Below are positions 13,301 through 25,647 of a DNA stretch of 64,000 nucleotides, piece by piece; the stretch's first letter is position 1, and each line of letters opens with the position of its first letter. The notes under the pieces were generated by a model. It had not been told where the DNA came from. It did not search any database and saw nothing but the letters and a program-made list of their open reading frames with translations. Source of the stretch: Selaginella moellendorffii (Eukaryota > Plantae > Lycopodiophyta). The stretch spans positions 3,356,559-3,420,558 of the forward strand of contig NW_003314268.1 of NCBI RefSeq assembly GCF_000143415.4, written 5' to 3'. The position numbers were made by a program, and so were the translations under genes.

Positions 13301-14886
13301 CCGGGTAAAGTGATCAACAAATCAACCATTAGAAAAACTTAAGAAAATTTGTGGAAATTTTCCATCCTAGAGAAAGATTGGCTCTAAGTTTAAGAATATA
13401 AACTTTCAAGGCTCAATCAACTTCTTTTTACTAACAATTTCACATATGTTCACCTCAACACCAATTGTCATGACCCAACTATATATCTAAGCATCAAACA
13501 TCTTTGCCTATTTTCCGATGTCTAACACCAATATCTACAAAATGCAAAATGAACATTTAAGGCTTGATCATGAAGACTATATTTTTAGATATCCACATTG
13601 CACTAACACTTTTCTTCAACCACCTTCAAGATCTAATGTAAAGTTAAAACACTAACAAGAAAAATAACATGAAAAATCAAGTTCTAAGAAAATTCCTCAT
13701 CACTTGAAATAATAATACCACTTTCACTAACACAAGTGCTGGTGATGTCAATGCCTCAATTATATACCTTCTTCATCCAACAATCTACTCCAAGTGCTAA
13801 CGAATCAACTAACAAGCTATAGCAAATGAATGCTACAACTCTTTTTCTAACACCTCAATGGACAAACTCAAGGAAACAAGGTTTCAACTCAAACTTAGCA
13901 TAATGGATTATTTTTGAGAATCTAGTCAAAATTACTACAATGCTACTACATGTAAGTAAACTAACCTCACCATCAACCATTTTAGGGTTGATCATTGTTT
14001 AACTAAGCAACTTCGTAAACGCATTAATGAGTCACACTTTGTTGCAAATCATTTCTCCTAGTAAAGAAAATGATTTACATGTTTGATCCTTCGTCCTTGA
14101 TAATTCTCTTTTCGGTTTCATTTTTTGACTAAACCTTAAGCTTGCATTCGCACTACCTTCAGTCCAATCCAAAAAAAGTTTATGAGAGAGTGTGGCAATG
14201 ACTATTTAAACCAATAGGCCTACAGGTAACTTTCGATACCCAAAGTCATATTCACGACACAATCGAAGTCATATTGTTTAAGCAAGAGCCAAGTCCATTT
14301 TAAAGGTACTAATGCAAATTGTTATTTCTAACATTTTTTTTGGTAGCTTAGAGCAATCTTATAACCATAAAAATTTAGATTGCAAGTTAGAGCAATCTTA
14401 TAAAAATGAGAATATAACAATTATTATAGATAAATTATTATTTCTAACCTTTTCAATATTTAGAAAATATAAATAAGTTGTGAGGGCCAAGTGTACGGCT
14501 ACGATGCCGTATACTAATATTAACATAGTGGGATTTTGGTAGCCGTCGGATTAGTTTCAATCCGGACCACTCGCTCCTGTATATAAACTAAGGTTTTTGG
14601 GCTAATTGATATGCACATTTCTATATTCCCTTTCCATATTCCAACCACTCACATTGGTGGAGGTGAGGAGCACCTTTGATTGTCCCTAAGGAGTGCTTAG
14701 ATTTGGGATTTTGGTTTAGATCTAGCTTTTGCATTGTCTCGATCTAGCTTTTTCCATTTCCTTCTTTTTGTTCTTTCCTTTCAAGATTTTGGTTTAGATC
14801 TAGCTTTTTGCATTGTCTAGATCTACCATTTCCTTCTAGCTTTTTGTCATTTCTCTTCTTTTGCTCTTTCTTTTTCATTCGTCTCC

Positions 14887-16327
14887 ATGGCAGATCAACA
14901 ATCTCCTCCTTTGACTCTCGAGCAGCAGTTGGTCCAATTGCTTGATACTATGCGCTTGCAATTGAACAACCAAACTCAATTGATGGCGGCATTCACGGCA
15001 CGTGGTCCAACTCCTCCTGCTCTTGGTGCCAATCCTCGCGTTCGGCCGGAGTTCTTTCGTGGGAATCCCGGGGATGATGTGTACCATTGGTTCGATCACT
15101 TCACGGTGATTGCCCCTCCTGCTCTTGGTGCCAATCCTCGCGTTCGGCCGGAGTTCTTTCGTGGGAATCCCGGGGATGATGTGTACCATTGGTTCGATCA
15201 CTTCACGGTGATTGCCACATATCATTCTTGGGATGATGCTCGACATTTACGTGAGTTTCCCACGTGTCTCCAAGGGACGGCGTTGCAGTGGTATAATGGA
15301 TTGGGTGCGGCCACTCGTGAGGATTGGAGTGTTCTTCCAGACGTCTTCAAACGTGCCTTCGGACATGCCGACAATTGTGAATATGCCTTCCAACAATTGC
15401 ATCGTCTTCGCCAAGGGCCATCTAAATCTACCAATCCTTCCATTGTGTAGACTAGCTATTCCATGTGAAGCAACTAGTCATCCACCCGTACCGCAGTCCC
15501 ACGGTGGATACCTTCGTCCGTGGATACTCCACACAATAGGAAGGACGTACGCATGGATGCCCAATACATACGATTTCAAATTTTAAGGGTAGGAATATAC
15601 CTTGCTCAAGGGTATATTATATTTTTAAGTAGCCATTAATCAATGGGAATCGAACTCGTGCCATTTCCTCTGATACCAACTGTAGTGCACCTTATCTCTC
15701 TCCCCTTAAGCCAACTGGAAAAGGGGCAATTGCTTGATGAGAGAGCCCTTAGTGGCTATTTTATCCCCATTTATCCCCCAAGGTTCCAAGGATCCACGGT
15801 GACAGTATATCCAATGCGCTACACCATCTGAGTCGGTGATGCAATTTGGCGTTCGTTTCCAAAGTCTTTTGCTTCGTGTGGAGTCCAATATGTCAGAGCG
15901 GATAAGGCTAGGAATGTTGTGGCTAGCACTTCGTCAAGATCTTGTCGGCCTTGTGCATGCACTTGCTCCTGCCACCCTTGACGATGCTCTTCGCTTGGCA
16001 CAACGTTATGAGACGTTGCCTCTTCCACTTCTCGCTGCACGTCCTTCCACTCCACTTTCTATGAGTGATGGTCCTGTTCCCATGGAGGTTGATGCTGCTG
16101 CTACTCGAGTCCAAGGACAAGGACGAGGACGTGGTCGTGGCCGTGATGTTCGTTGCTGGGCGTGTGATGAAGTTGGTCATACTTATCAGCGTTGTCGGCG
16201 CTTTCCGGATTGGCGACCTCCATTTCCTGGGTGGAGACCTTGGCGTCAACAACGTCCCGTTGGTGCTGCTGTAGTGGAAGGTTTGGACACCGAGATGAAT
16301 CCGGGAAACAAGGAGTCGCGCGAGTAA
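14887..16327 (+). pseudogene. gag: Gypsy gag interrupted by a TRIM insertion
   Basis: Removing 406 bp restores the in-frame LRQGPSESVMQFGVRF motif; zinc knuckle CWACDEVGHTYQRC; 102-bp internal tandem duplication. Confidence 0.9.
15424..15823 (-). mobile_element. Truncated TRIM (5' LTR, PBS and partial internal region) inside gag
   Basis: LTR at 15681-15823, PBS complement ctctgatacca just left of it, internal part matching 3713-3966, flanked by duplicated CCATC(T). Confidence 0.9.
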
Positions 16328-16366
16328 TGGAGGGACCTTGCGCGAATAAGTCAGTGACCCCTCCAT
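16303..16366 (+). promoter_or_regulatory. -1 programmed ribosomal frameshift signal (slippery heptamer plus H-type pseudoknot)
   Basis: G GGA AAC in the gag frame; 6-nt spacer; stem 1 16316-16324/16337-16345; stem 2 16327-16334/16359-16366; pol lies in the -1 frame. Confidence 0.8.
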
Positions 16367-19300
16367 CTTTCTTTCGGGAGTATCATCAAGGGGTTCACTC
16401 GGCACCAGTTCATCCAGTGTTTACTTTCCAAGCTCATCTTTATAACAAGAGGTCTCCTATTATTCTCTCCGTGTTGGTTGATACAGGTTCGAGTTTATCT
16501 TCTATTGCTCGACCTGTTACCACACGTTGTCGTCTACACTTGCGTCGTGCGGCGGAACCAGTTTTCATTCTTTATGGCAACGGCCGTACACATGCATGTG
16601 CACGGGATGAGGCAGACCTGGTTGTGCGTGTGGGCGATCTCGAGCTTAAGTTGCAGTCGTTGCGGGTGGTGCCGAGTCAAGCTTTTGACCTCATTCTTGG
16701 TATGGATTGGTTGCAGCGCAATCATGCCAAGTGTGACTTTGAGGCTTCTCCCCCTTGTCTCATACTTCCTTATGTTTCCTCCGTTCCTCTCACATCCGTA
16801 CCTCTTCGTCCCTCTACTTCTACCTCTGCTTCCATTACTTTTGTTCCCCCACTATTTCCTCCTGTGTTTCCATCTTGTTCTGCTCTTCCCTTTTCCGATC
16901 CCTCCGACGATCTTTGTGTTGCAGCCGTTGACTAGCTCATGAAGGAGTATTCTGATCTTTTTGACTTTGACCTATCGTCTGGAGCCAAGATTGCTACACG
17001 TCATCCGATTCCAACTGGGGATGCTCGTCCAATTAAGGTTCCTGTTCGTCGTCGGTCACCAAAGGAGATCAAGATTTTACATGCAAATGTCCAGGAGATG
17101 TTGGAGAAGAGTGTTATTCGGAAGTCGCGAAGTCCTTGGGTATGTGAACCTCATCTTGTGACGAAGCCTGATGGGAGTATTCGTTTCTGCATCGACTATC
17201 GTCCGTTAAACGACGTAACGATCCCGGATGTGTACCCTCTTCCTCACACTGCTGATCTCTTGGATCGTCTGGGGCGAAGTCGTTGGTTCACTAAGCTAGA
17301 TCTTGCTTCTGGGTACTGGCAAGTACCGATGGCCGAAGAAGATATTCCTAAGACTGCTTTTCGTACACCATTTGGTTTGTTTGAGTTCTTGGTGATGCCA
17401 TTTGGTTTGAACAATGCTCCAGCAACTTTTCAACGGATGATGGACGAGGTTCTTTGCGATATGCCGGAGGTGACTGCTGACTTCATTGATGATGTCTTGA
17501 TCCACTCGAAGGGGACGTGGGAGGAGCACCTTTGTGATGATTGTAAAGTGTTGGATCGGCTACGCGACATTGGTTTAAAGCTGAAGCGGTCGAAGTGCGT
17601 ATTTGGATCCAAGGACACAACTTATCTTGGGTACCGTATTTCTCGTGAGGGTTTGCAAGTTGATCCTGACAAACTTGTGGCTGTTCTAAAGTTCCCTACT
17701 CCGAAGTGTGTGAATGATGTGCAGCGCTTCTTGGGCAAGGTGCAGTATCTCGGGCATTTTGTGGGTCATCTTTCTAATCGCACTGCGCCATTGCGAGCGT
17801 TGCTGAAGTCATCAACATCATCTTTCATCTGGTCTCCGGATTGTGAGCGGGCGTTTGGGGATCTCAAAAAGTTATTAACAACTCCTCCGGTTTTGGCATA
17901 TCCTAACTACACTCGACCTTTTATTTTGCGCGTGGATGCTTCTGACATTGGTCTTGAAGGTGTGTTAATGCAAGAGAGCTCGAGTGTGCCTGGTCAGCGC
18001 CATCCCATTGCATATATAAGCCGTACATTACAACCAGCGGAGATGAACTACTCCACGACAGAGAAGGAGTGTTTAGCAGCAGTTTGGGGTTTTGAGAAAC
18101 TTCATGCATATCTACATAGTTCTTGGACGTTACTTGAAGGTGACCATGCTGCTGTTACTTCGTTATTAAAGCGAAAAAACCTGGTTGGTCGTACTGCTCG
18201 GTGGGCTTTGAAGCTTCAGATATATGATTTTGATGTTGTTCACCACCCAGGGAGTTCTATGGCTGATGCTAATGCCCTTTCTCGAGCTCCTCTTCCTTCT
18301 TTATTCTCTTCTCATGTTTCTGACGAGCCTGTCGTTCCAGCATCTGTGGATTTTCTAGACGAGGATTCTGTGCTGTTGGCGGTTGCTATACTTGACGTTC
18401 AGTGTCCACAAGGTGTAAAGCAAGATCTACCTTCGCTTGATGAGGTTCGCGAGGCTCAAAAGATTGAGCCATGGATTCGAAGGCTTCGAGATGGGTTTGA
18501 GAATCCTGCATCACTTGTTGATGACTTGCCTTTCCGGCATTTACATTCTCAATATCGTCTTGAAGGTGGCCTTCTTTATTTTGTGGGGACAGATCCTGAT
18601 GATCATTTACGGCTGGTGGTGCCTTCAGTGTTTATTCCGCGGTTTCTCCATGCCTACCATGATTCTCTTGTTCTAGATGGGCATATGGGACATCGTCGTG
18701 TAATCGAGAAGCTACACAGGTCTTTCTATTGGCCGGAGATGCGACGTGATATTATCCGGTATGTGCGTAGTTGCGTTTGGTGCCAAGCTCGTAATACTCC
18801 CCCTCGGACTGCAGAAGGACAGTTGGAGTCAATTGCAGTTTCCCGTCCATTTGAATTGGTGGCATTTGATCTTATGGGACCTTTTCCACGGTCAACTGTT
18901 GGCAATGAGTATGTTATTATTGCTTCTGACTATTTGACTCGTTGGGTGGAAGTTGGTGCTCTTGCTAGTGCCTCTGCAACTGCTGTTGGATACTTCCTCC
19001 TCAATCGAGTGGTGTTCCAACATTCTTGTCCAGAGCGGATTCTTTCAGATAATGGTCCCGCTTTTATGGCTGAGGCGTTTCATGTTTTGACGTCTCGGTT
19101 GGGGATTCGCCACACTTTCACGAGTGCTTATCATCCACAATCAGACGGTCTGGTGGAACAGCTCATTCGGACGTTCAAGGGGATGATTGCGAAGTATGTG
19201 AACTTTCAGCATTCGGATTGGGATGGTTATTTGCCGTCTCTTCGGTATGCATATGTCACTGGGGTGCAGAGTTCTGTTGGTGCTTCACCATATAAACTCC

Positions 19301-19791
19301 TATATGGTCATGATCCAATATTACCAACGGAGCTGGATTTACCTTCGCGATTGCCACGAGCTGCAGATGCTAGGTCATGGGATCAATATTTGACAAGCAT
19401 TCTTCCACTTGTCCGAGCGGAGTCTGCCGAACACTTAGGCCGCATACAAGTGGGACAACAACGGCACTACAACTCCCGTCATCGTCCACCTGCGGAGTAC
19501 AAAGTGGATGATTTGGTGTTAGTCCATTTTCCCCATCTTACGGTACGTGGTTTGTCTAAGAGGCTCCTTGCACAGTGGAAAGGACCGTATCGGGTGTTGC
19601 GGCAAGTTGGACCACAAGTTTATGAGGTTCGGCATGACGTCCAGCAGGCCGATCCTCCAGAGATTGTGCATGTGCAGCGGTTGAAACGCTTCATACAAAG
19701 GGATCAGGAGCAATTAACACCATCTACAGATCTACCGATGCCTCCTCCTGATCTTCCTCCAGATCCTGGCCTGTCTACAAGAGAACCCTGA
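16303..19791 (+). pseudogene. pol: Gypsy pol (protease, RT, RNase H, integrase) with one in-frame TAG at 16933-16935
   Basis: Protease LVDTGS and ILGMDWL; RT LDLASGYWQV and FIDD; RNase H DAS and YSTTEKE; integrase HHCC, SDNG and GPY motifs; ORFs 16192-16935 and 16939-19791 share one frame. Confidence 0.93.
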
Positions 19792-20187
19792 TGGTCTTCC
19801 ATTATCCAGAGAGGGGGGGATGATGTGAGGGCCAAGTGTACGGCTACGATGCCGTATACTAATATTAGCGTAGTGGGATTTTGGTAGCCATCGGATTAAT
19901 TTCAATCCGGACCACTCGCTCCTGTATATAAGCTAGGGTTTTTGGGCTAATTGATATGCACATTTCTGTATTCCCTTTCCATATTCCAACCACTCACAAA
20001 GTGTTATTTCTTGTAATGCACAATAAATATATAAATCTATATAAATTTTAAAGGGAATAAGCAATATTATTAGTTATTGTTAAACCTATATAAAATATAT
20101 CTTGAGTATTAGATATTTTGGGATGTTCTACCATATAATAGTTGTTATTCATTTAGATTAATCTTGTATTTATAGATTATTAACATC

Positions 20188-22508
20188 TGTAAAGTTTTTA
20201 AATATATATATGTATTTACATATATTACCCTAGTTAGGTAATACATTAATTATAATACTATAGTATATAGACCATCCATTTGCAACTAAATCTAGTCCAT
20301 CTATTGCAATTTGTCTCTAAAGGGCATAGTTTTTCAACAATGCTGCTATAGTGTTTGAGATTATATTTTTTATTCTTATTTCTTCATTCTCTTTTAGATC
20401 TAGATTTGCATTAGATTTTTGTAAGATCTAAAATTTTAACTATCACTATGCTTAAATCTACTCTTTCTTCTAATTTTCATTACATCCTCTTCTTCTACTA
20501 TGCCATGCAATCATTAATCAAAGAGTATATCATTTAAGGTTGTTGATGTTACTCAATTGGATTGAGTTTTTGGTATTGTGGGGTGTCATCATATTAATGT
20601 TGCACTTATCTTTAGTTGTGTTGCCATTTCCAACTTCTATGGGATATGATTATATAACTTGTCTTATTCTCGGTGTTTTGCCATCTTCTGTTAATATAGA
20701 GCATAATTGTGATATTGATTGGTGAGCTATAGATGACACAATCCAATTTTTGGAGAATGTTCAAGGATCAAATTTATGGGAAAATAATGTTTACGAGCTC
20801 AAATGGATTTTGAATAGTGATGAGGAACTTGATTATTATAAAGAAAGCTTTAAAGATTCACAGGATAACTGTCATCCTTTAATTTGTCATTTGATCTTTT
20901 CTCTTTATTTTCTACTCTTTCCCAACCTTTTCTTATTTCTTGGTTTAAACCACTTTCTCATATTTTTAGTATTCCTTGTTTACAACATTTCCTTCTCTTG
21001 GTATATCAATCATTTCTGACTCTTATGATTTTTATTCTCAATCTAGTGTTGAGCTGAGTGTTTTTTATCCTTCTTATACTAATTTAGATGTTGAGTATCT
21101 ACATGAAGTTAAAAATCTTACTTTTGTTTATTTAGCAGAGTTTTTGATCAATTCTAGTATTAAATATTCTTTATTCTAAAAGTTGAGTCACTTTGGTTAA
21201 AGTTTCAAGTTGAGTGAGTGTAAGAGCTTTTATTTTATCATTGAGGGTTATTTTGAGAGTGTGGACTTTTCTATTGGTTTTCATGTCTTAAATGTTGAGT
21301 TGTGTATTGAAGAGGTTGAGCAATGTGAATTTTTTGCTTATCTTATGTTAAACAAAGCATTTTATCATAATAAATCTTTTATTCTCCAAGTTTTGAACAT
21401 GTTTCTTTCTTTTCTCCTCATTTTTACTTTGATAATTGTTGAAAATTCTTCTTCAAATGCTTTTTTATCCATTTTTTTCTTTCACAATATTTTTTCCTCC
21501 CCTTTTCTTGTTTTCTCTTTTTTGCTTTAATACTTTAAGCGTTTTTTTCTTCAAAGGAGGGTTGAGAGGGGATGGATGTGAGTCTGGCCTTAATAATAGA
21601 GTAAGGATAAATGAATATAGTAATGGAGCAAAGACAAACAATATAGATTGTGGAGTGAAGACGAATATAGAAAGTCTGAATGGCATATTCAGCCTTAATG
21701 TAATAAACCCAAACAAATGTAATAGTGAAGTGAGGCCCAAAAAAGATGGTAGAGTGAAGACAAATATAACAAGTTTGAATAGGCTTCAAAAAAAAATTCC
21801 TTCAAAAAGGCAATAAGGAGGATGTGGAAAACAATCCGACCTCTTATATATAGTGCTAAATAAAGACAAAAATAATGAGTTTAAGTTAATATGGGTCTCA
21901 AATATTGACCAAAGGGAAGATGCAAAAGCAAGTTCTAGTTATAGTCATAAGTCTGAATTAATGGTGGTCTTTGAAGGATCATTGATAGGCAAATTTAGAG
22001 ATGGGATGTATTATTTGCTACAATGGTGATTTATAAATTATAATGGCTCTCAAAGTCTTTTGTTTCAGTTCAAAGTTATAGCTTTATAGTTGGTTTAAGC
22101 ATTTAGTAGTTGCATATTGAGTTGCAACTAATTTATTGGAATTATATAGTCAGTTAATACTTGTGTTATAACTTTGGATTTTGTTTCAATCATAGTTATT
22201 AACAACTTTGTTGATGGTTTTATAGGAGTTTTAAATTTTTGTGATAATTTATAATTACTTAATAGAAACTTCAAATGTTCCATTTAACTTATTATCATCA
22301 CCTTTTCATCTTTCAGAGGGAAAGATGGTGTAAAGTTTGTAAATATATGTATATAATATATATTACTTTGGCTAGGTAATATATTAATTATAGTACTATA
22401 ACATATGAACCATTTATTTGGGGAACTAAATTTGGTCCATCCATTTTTATAAATAAGCACATTTAAACCTCAATTAATATAATTATTCTTATATTCCAAA
22501 CACTCACA
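20188..22508 (+). mobile_element. Decayed LTR element with a 4-bp TSD
   Basis: Direct repeats starting TGTAAAGTTT at 20188 (partial) and 22329; purine tract before 22329; end tattccaaacactcaca resembles the Gypsy LTR end; TSD CATC at 20184-20187 and 22509-22512. Confidence 0.65.
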
Positions 22509-22995
22509 CATCCTATATTCTAGTTTATTTTACTATTTAATAGTTGATTAATCTTATATTTAGAAATTATAACTTCCACTTGATCAATTCACTCCTGGCC
22601 GTTTGAACCAGTTAAGTAACCCAAAATATGCAGTAAATTATTTTTAAACAACAATTTTCATGTTTTTATATAATAAATTATTTAATTAGACTAAATTTTA
22701 TTATCTCACAATTAACTTATGTCAAGCCCAAATAGATTAGCTAAAAAAGATTGCTTAACTAACTTTTGTGGCCACTTAGTTTGGGTATTTTCCTTGGTTA
22801 ATCCTTATTTCATTAGTACATAAAAGTAGAAAACACAGAAAAAAATAAAAAATAAAAAATAGTAAGTCGATAAACTTTGGGATTCCAGAACTAGCGCTTT
22901 TTCCAAAAACGTTGGACACAAAAGAGGAAAAGTCTGTCAAAAAGACTTCCAATCAACAAAATGTACACATGATAAAGATCTGCAAACTTTTGATA

Positions 22996-24004
22996 TCACC
23001 CCCTGGTAATATCATTGTTGCTGCGGACGTGCATGACCCCTCTTTCTTCGTCCCATACATCGTCGTCGTCCAGCCCAAAACTCTCCCCGAATATCTCGTC
23101 CACCTCGCCCTCGTCCGACGAAGACAGCACCGACGACGATCCCATCCAGCTCCGGAACCCGGCGTTCACTCTCCTCTCCATCTCATAAGGCGGCACCGCG
23201 CTGGCCGCGAGCATCTCCATGCCCACCGTCCGGCTGCCAAAGTGCTGGCCCTCGTCCATCACCACCGCCGCCTTTCGGTGCAAGAAGAAGGCCGTGATCC
23301 CAAACAGGAGAACCAGCCCCCAGCACACCACCTCGTAGCACCAGAAGAGGGCGATCGAGCAGCCCGTGTCGAGGGTGACGATGCTGGAGCCCAGGAAGAG
23401 CGCCATGAGGATGGCGGCCACCATGAAGCTCAAGTTGAGAGTGGACAGGCAGCGCACGCCTCCTGGGGGAGCTTGATCAAGAGCTAGCAAGAACTTCAAA
23501 GGAGAGGTTACCTCGCTTGGAAGCGCAGCAGCTGTTCTCCACGACTCTCACCATGAAATGCCGCTTTGGAGCTGCGTAAGCCACCACGATTCCTGGCGAG
23601 AAAAAAACCATCAATGGGATCCAAAGAACTTTTGCAAGCTTACCAGATGCTAGATACACCACGGCCACCGCGAAGAAAGCCGCGGTAGGGAGAAAGATGA
23701 CCATCCAGAAGTAGATCCTGGCCTCCTCCTGGGTGAGGAGATAGGCGGCGCGCGATTCACCGAGCGAGGCTGCTGGCAATGGCGTCAAACGTTTCCTGGA
23801 GCACGAATGCCACTGCCCTACCTCGAAAACCATCGCGGTCATGGCGACCCCAGCGACAAACACCGCGGTTCCTAGAACAATCGTCGCCCACAGGAGCACT
23901 GGCCTCGCCAGGTTGTCCCACACTTTGTTTCCCACGGGCAGGCTCTCGTAATCCTCCCTCGACATGAAAGCCTGCTTCAGAGCATCCCCTGCTGCCTTCC
24001 TCAT
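22996..24004 (-). CDS. Uncharacterised multi-pass membrane protein (3 exons)
   Basis: ORFs joined through GT-AG introns 23593-23643 and 23463-23511; about four hydrophobic segments; VVENSCCASKRGGVRCLS stretch. Confidence 0.75.
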
Positions 24005-24241
24005 CCTGATCTAAATGCTAGAAACTCTAGAATCGCTCGCCTGTTTCTACAAAATCCTTGCGTGAATCACCAGCAGCAAGAGCGCGCGGAGATCTCCCTC
24101 TCCCTCCTCGCTCATGATTTTCCCCAAGAACCCTAAAATTCGGCCTTGAATTTGCCATGTGTCACGAGACAATAGCCGTTGGATGTGGGTTGATCCGGCG
24201 GCTGACAAAGTGGATGGAGCAAATGATCTAGGGCTCTAATG

Positions 24242-24249
24242 TAGGGTTT
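24242..24249. promoter_or_regulatory. Telo-box (TAGGGTTT) upstream of EFG1
   Basis: Exact motif about 30 bp before the ATG; typical of plant ribosome-biogenesis genes. Further copies at 43826-43833 and 50216-50223. Confidence 0.5.
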
Positions 24250-24280
24250 TAGATCGATCGCGCTCCCATTTGTCACAGCG

Positions 24281-25585
24281 ATGGCGCCAGATCGTGGCGC
24301 AAATAGGCGATTGGATGTGCGGTCCAAGCCCTTGAAGAAGAATGGATTGGAGCGGGCGAGGAAGCAAGCGTCGCTGGGCAGGCAGATTCGCGACATTCAG
24401 CGCCTGCTGAAGCTGGTATTGTGCTTGGATTGCTCGCAGCCACCGAGGATTTCTCCTCCCCTCTCTGTCTCGCAGAATCTCTCGCAGGAAGTGCGGCAGG
24501 CCCAGGAGAGCCGCTTGAAGCAGCTCAAGGACAATCACAATCCAGGGCTGCAGCCCTCCCGCGTCAAAGTGGATCGCAACATCTCCAAACGCTACAAGCA
24601 AGTGAAATTCGTCGGTGAGTTTTCTAGCTTGCGCGATCGATCCAATCACACGAGCGTTGTTGTTCCAATGTGCCTAAGGTAGAGCGAAGAAAGGTCGAGA
24701 GGGGATTGAGGCGTGCCGAGAAGGAACTTAAGAACGCTCCCGATGAGAAATCCAAGGACGAGGCCGCTGCCAAGCTCCAGCAACTAAAGCAAGACCTGGA
24801 ATACATCAAGGTTAGTGCCATTTCAATCTTTTCTCCTGAAATCCTGCCACTTTTCTTGAGCAGTTCTTCCCAAAGAGCGAGAAGTACGTCTCTTTGTTCA
24901 TGGAGAACGCCGACTCACACGCGATTGCTCGTCGGGAGAAGTTGCGAGAGACGATCCATGCTAATATTGCGGCAGCCGCCGCCGCTGGTGTGGAGCTCGA
25001 GGAAGAAGGTATGAGCTTCCTTAGATTCCTTCTTTGCTACCAAGAATCTCTCTCTCTCTCTCTCTCTCTCTCTCCGCTAACAAGAAACCATTTCTTTCAG
25101 AGACTGGTAGCGAGGAGGAGAATGACTCCGCGGTGGACATGAGCGAGGATGACTTCTTTGCGAAAGAAAACAGCGACGATGGCAATGACGAGGAGCAAGA
25201 GAATCCCATCAGGTAATCTAGTGTTTTGGATTTGGATTGTCCTCTCTTTTGGTTTTTTCTTGGCTGACAAGGAGTTTAGCAGTTTACCAAACACTAGCAC
25301 AGCGACACAATCAAACTCAAACCCCGTACAAACACACCATCAGACTGCGACGCGACCGGTAAGTATTTGTATCGATCGAAAAAACGCTCTCTCATCTGGC
25401 GTACATTTTCTGTCTCTCAGTCGACACAGAACAAAAGGAAAATGGAACAGCATAACGCCACCACCACCCGTGGATCCACTGTCCAAGATGCCACACAGGA
25501 CCACACAAGAGTGGCAGTGCCTGGGAATCTAGGAGGAGAGAAAGAGAAACGCAAGAGGAAACGTAAACGTCCCAAAAAGAAATAA
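24281..25585 (+). CDS. EFG1: rRNA-processing protein Efg1 (multi-exon)
   Basis: QIRDIQRLL, YKQVKFVERRKVER and DLEYIKFFPKSEKYVSLF motifs across short introns; acidic then basic C-terminus. Confidence 0.8.
25047..25074. repeat. (TC)n microsatellite in an intron
   Basis: About 14 TC units; another lies at 49003-49028. Confidence 0.9.
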
Positions 25586-25647
25586 AGGAGTACCTCTCAC
25601 TTGAATTCTCGCGTCTTCTTCTTATTTTTATGCCCTTGCGAGCTTTG

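Larger units (their letters stand above)
963..14259 (-). mobile_element. Older degenerate non-coding LTR element (LARD-like), interrupted in its 3' LTR by the 1282-10335 element
   Basis: 10336-14218 is a diverged, internally deleted reverse complement of about 4690-9440. The 5' LTR survives as a ~38 bp stub ending at 14259. The PPT complement (ctttcccccctt) follows 10588. The 3' LTR runs 10588 to 10336 and resumes at 1281 to 963; the joined sequence gtcaagctaatgcaaaac matches family gtcactagccagtgcaagac. The true left end was not found. Confidence 0.75.
14479..19998 (+). mobile_element. Ty3/gypsy LTR retrotransposon without a chromodomain; full length but disrupted
   Basis: 175-bp LTRs at 14479-14653 and 19824-19998 (TG...CA, 7 mismatches); 4-bp TSD AAGT; PBS tggtggaggtg at 14655 (tRNA-Ala-like); PPT at 19808-19823; domain order gag-PR-RT-RH-INT. 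Confidence 0.97.

Noticed and set aside
20540-21816. Several hydrophobic ORFs
   Set aside because: Products of T-rich decayed LTR-element interior.
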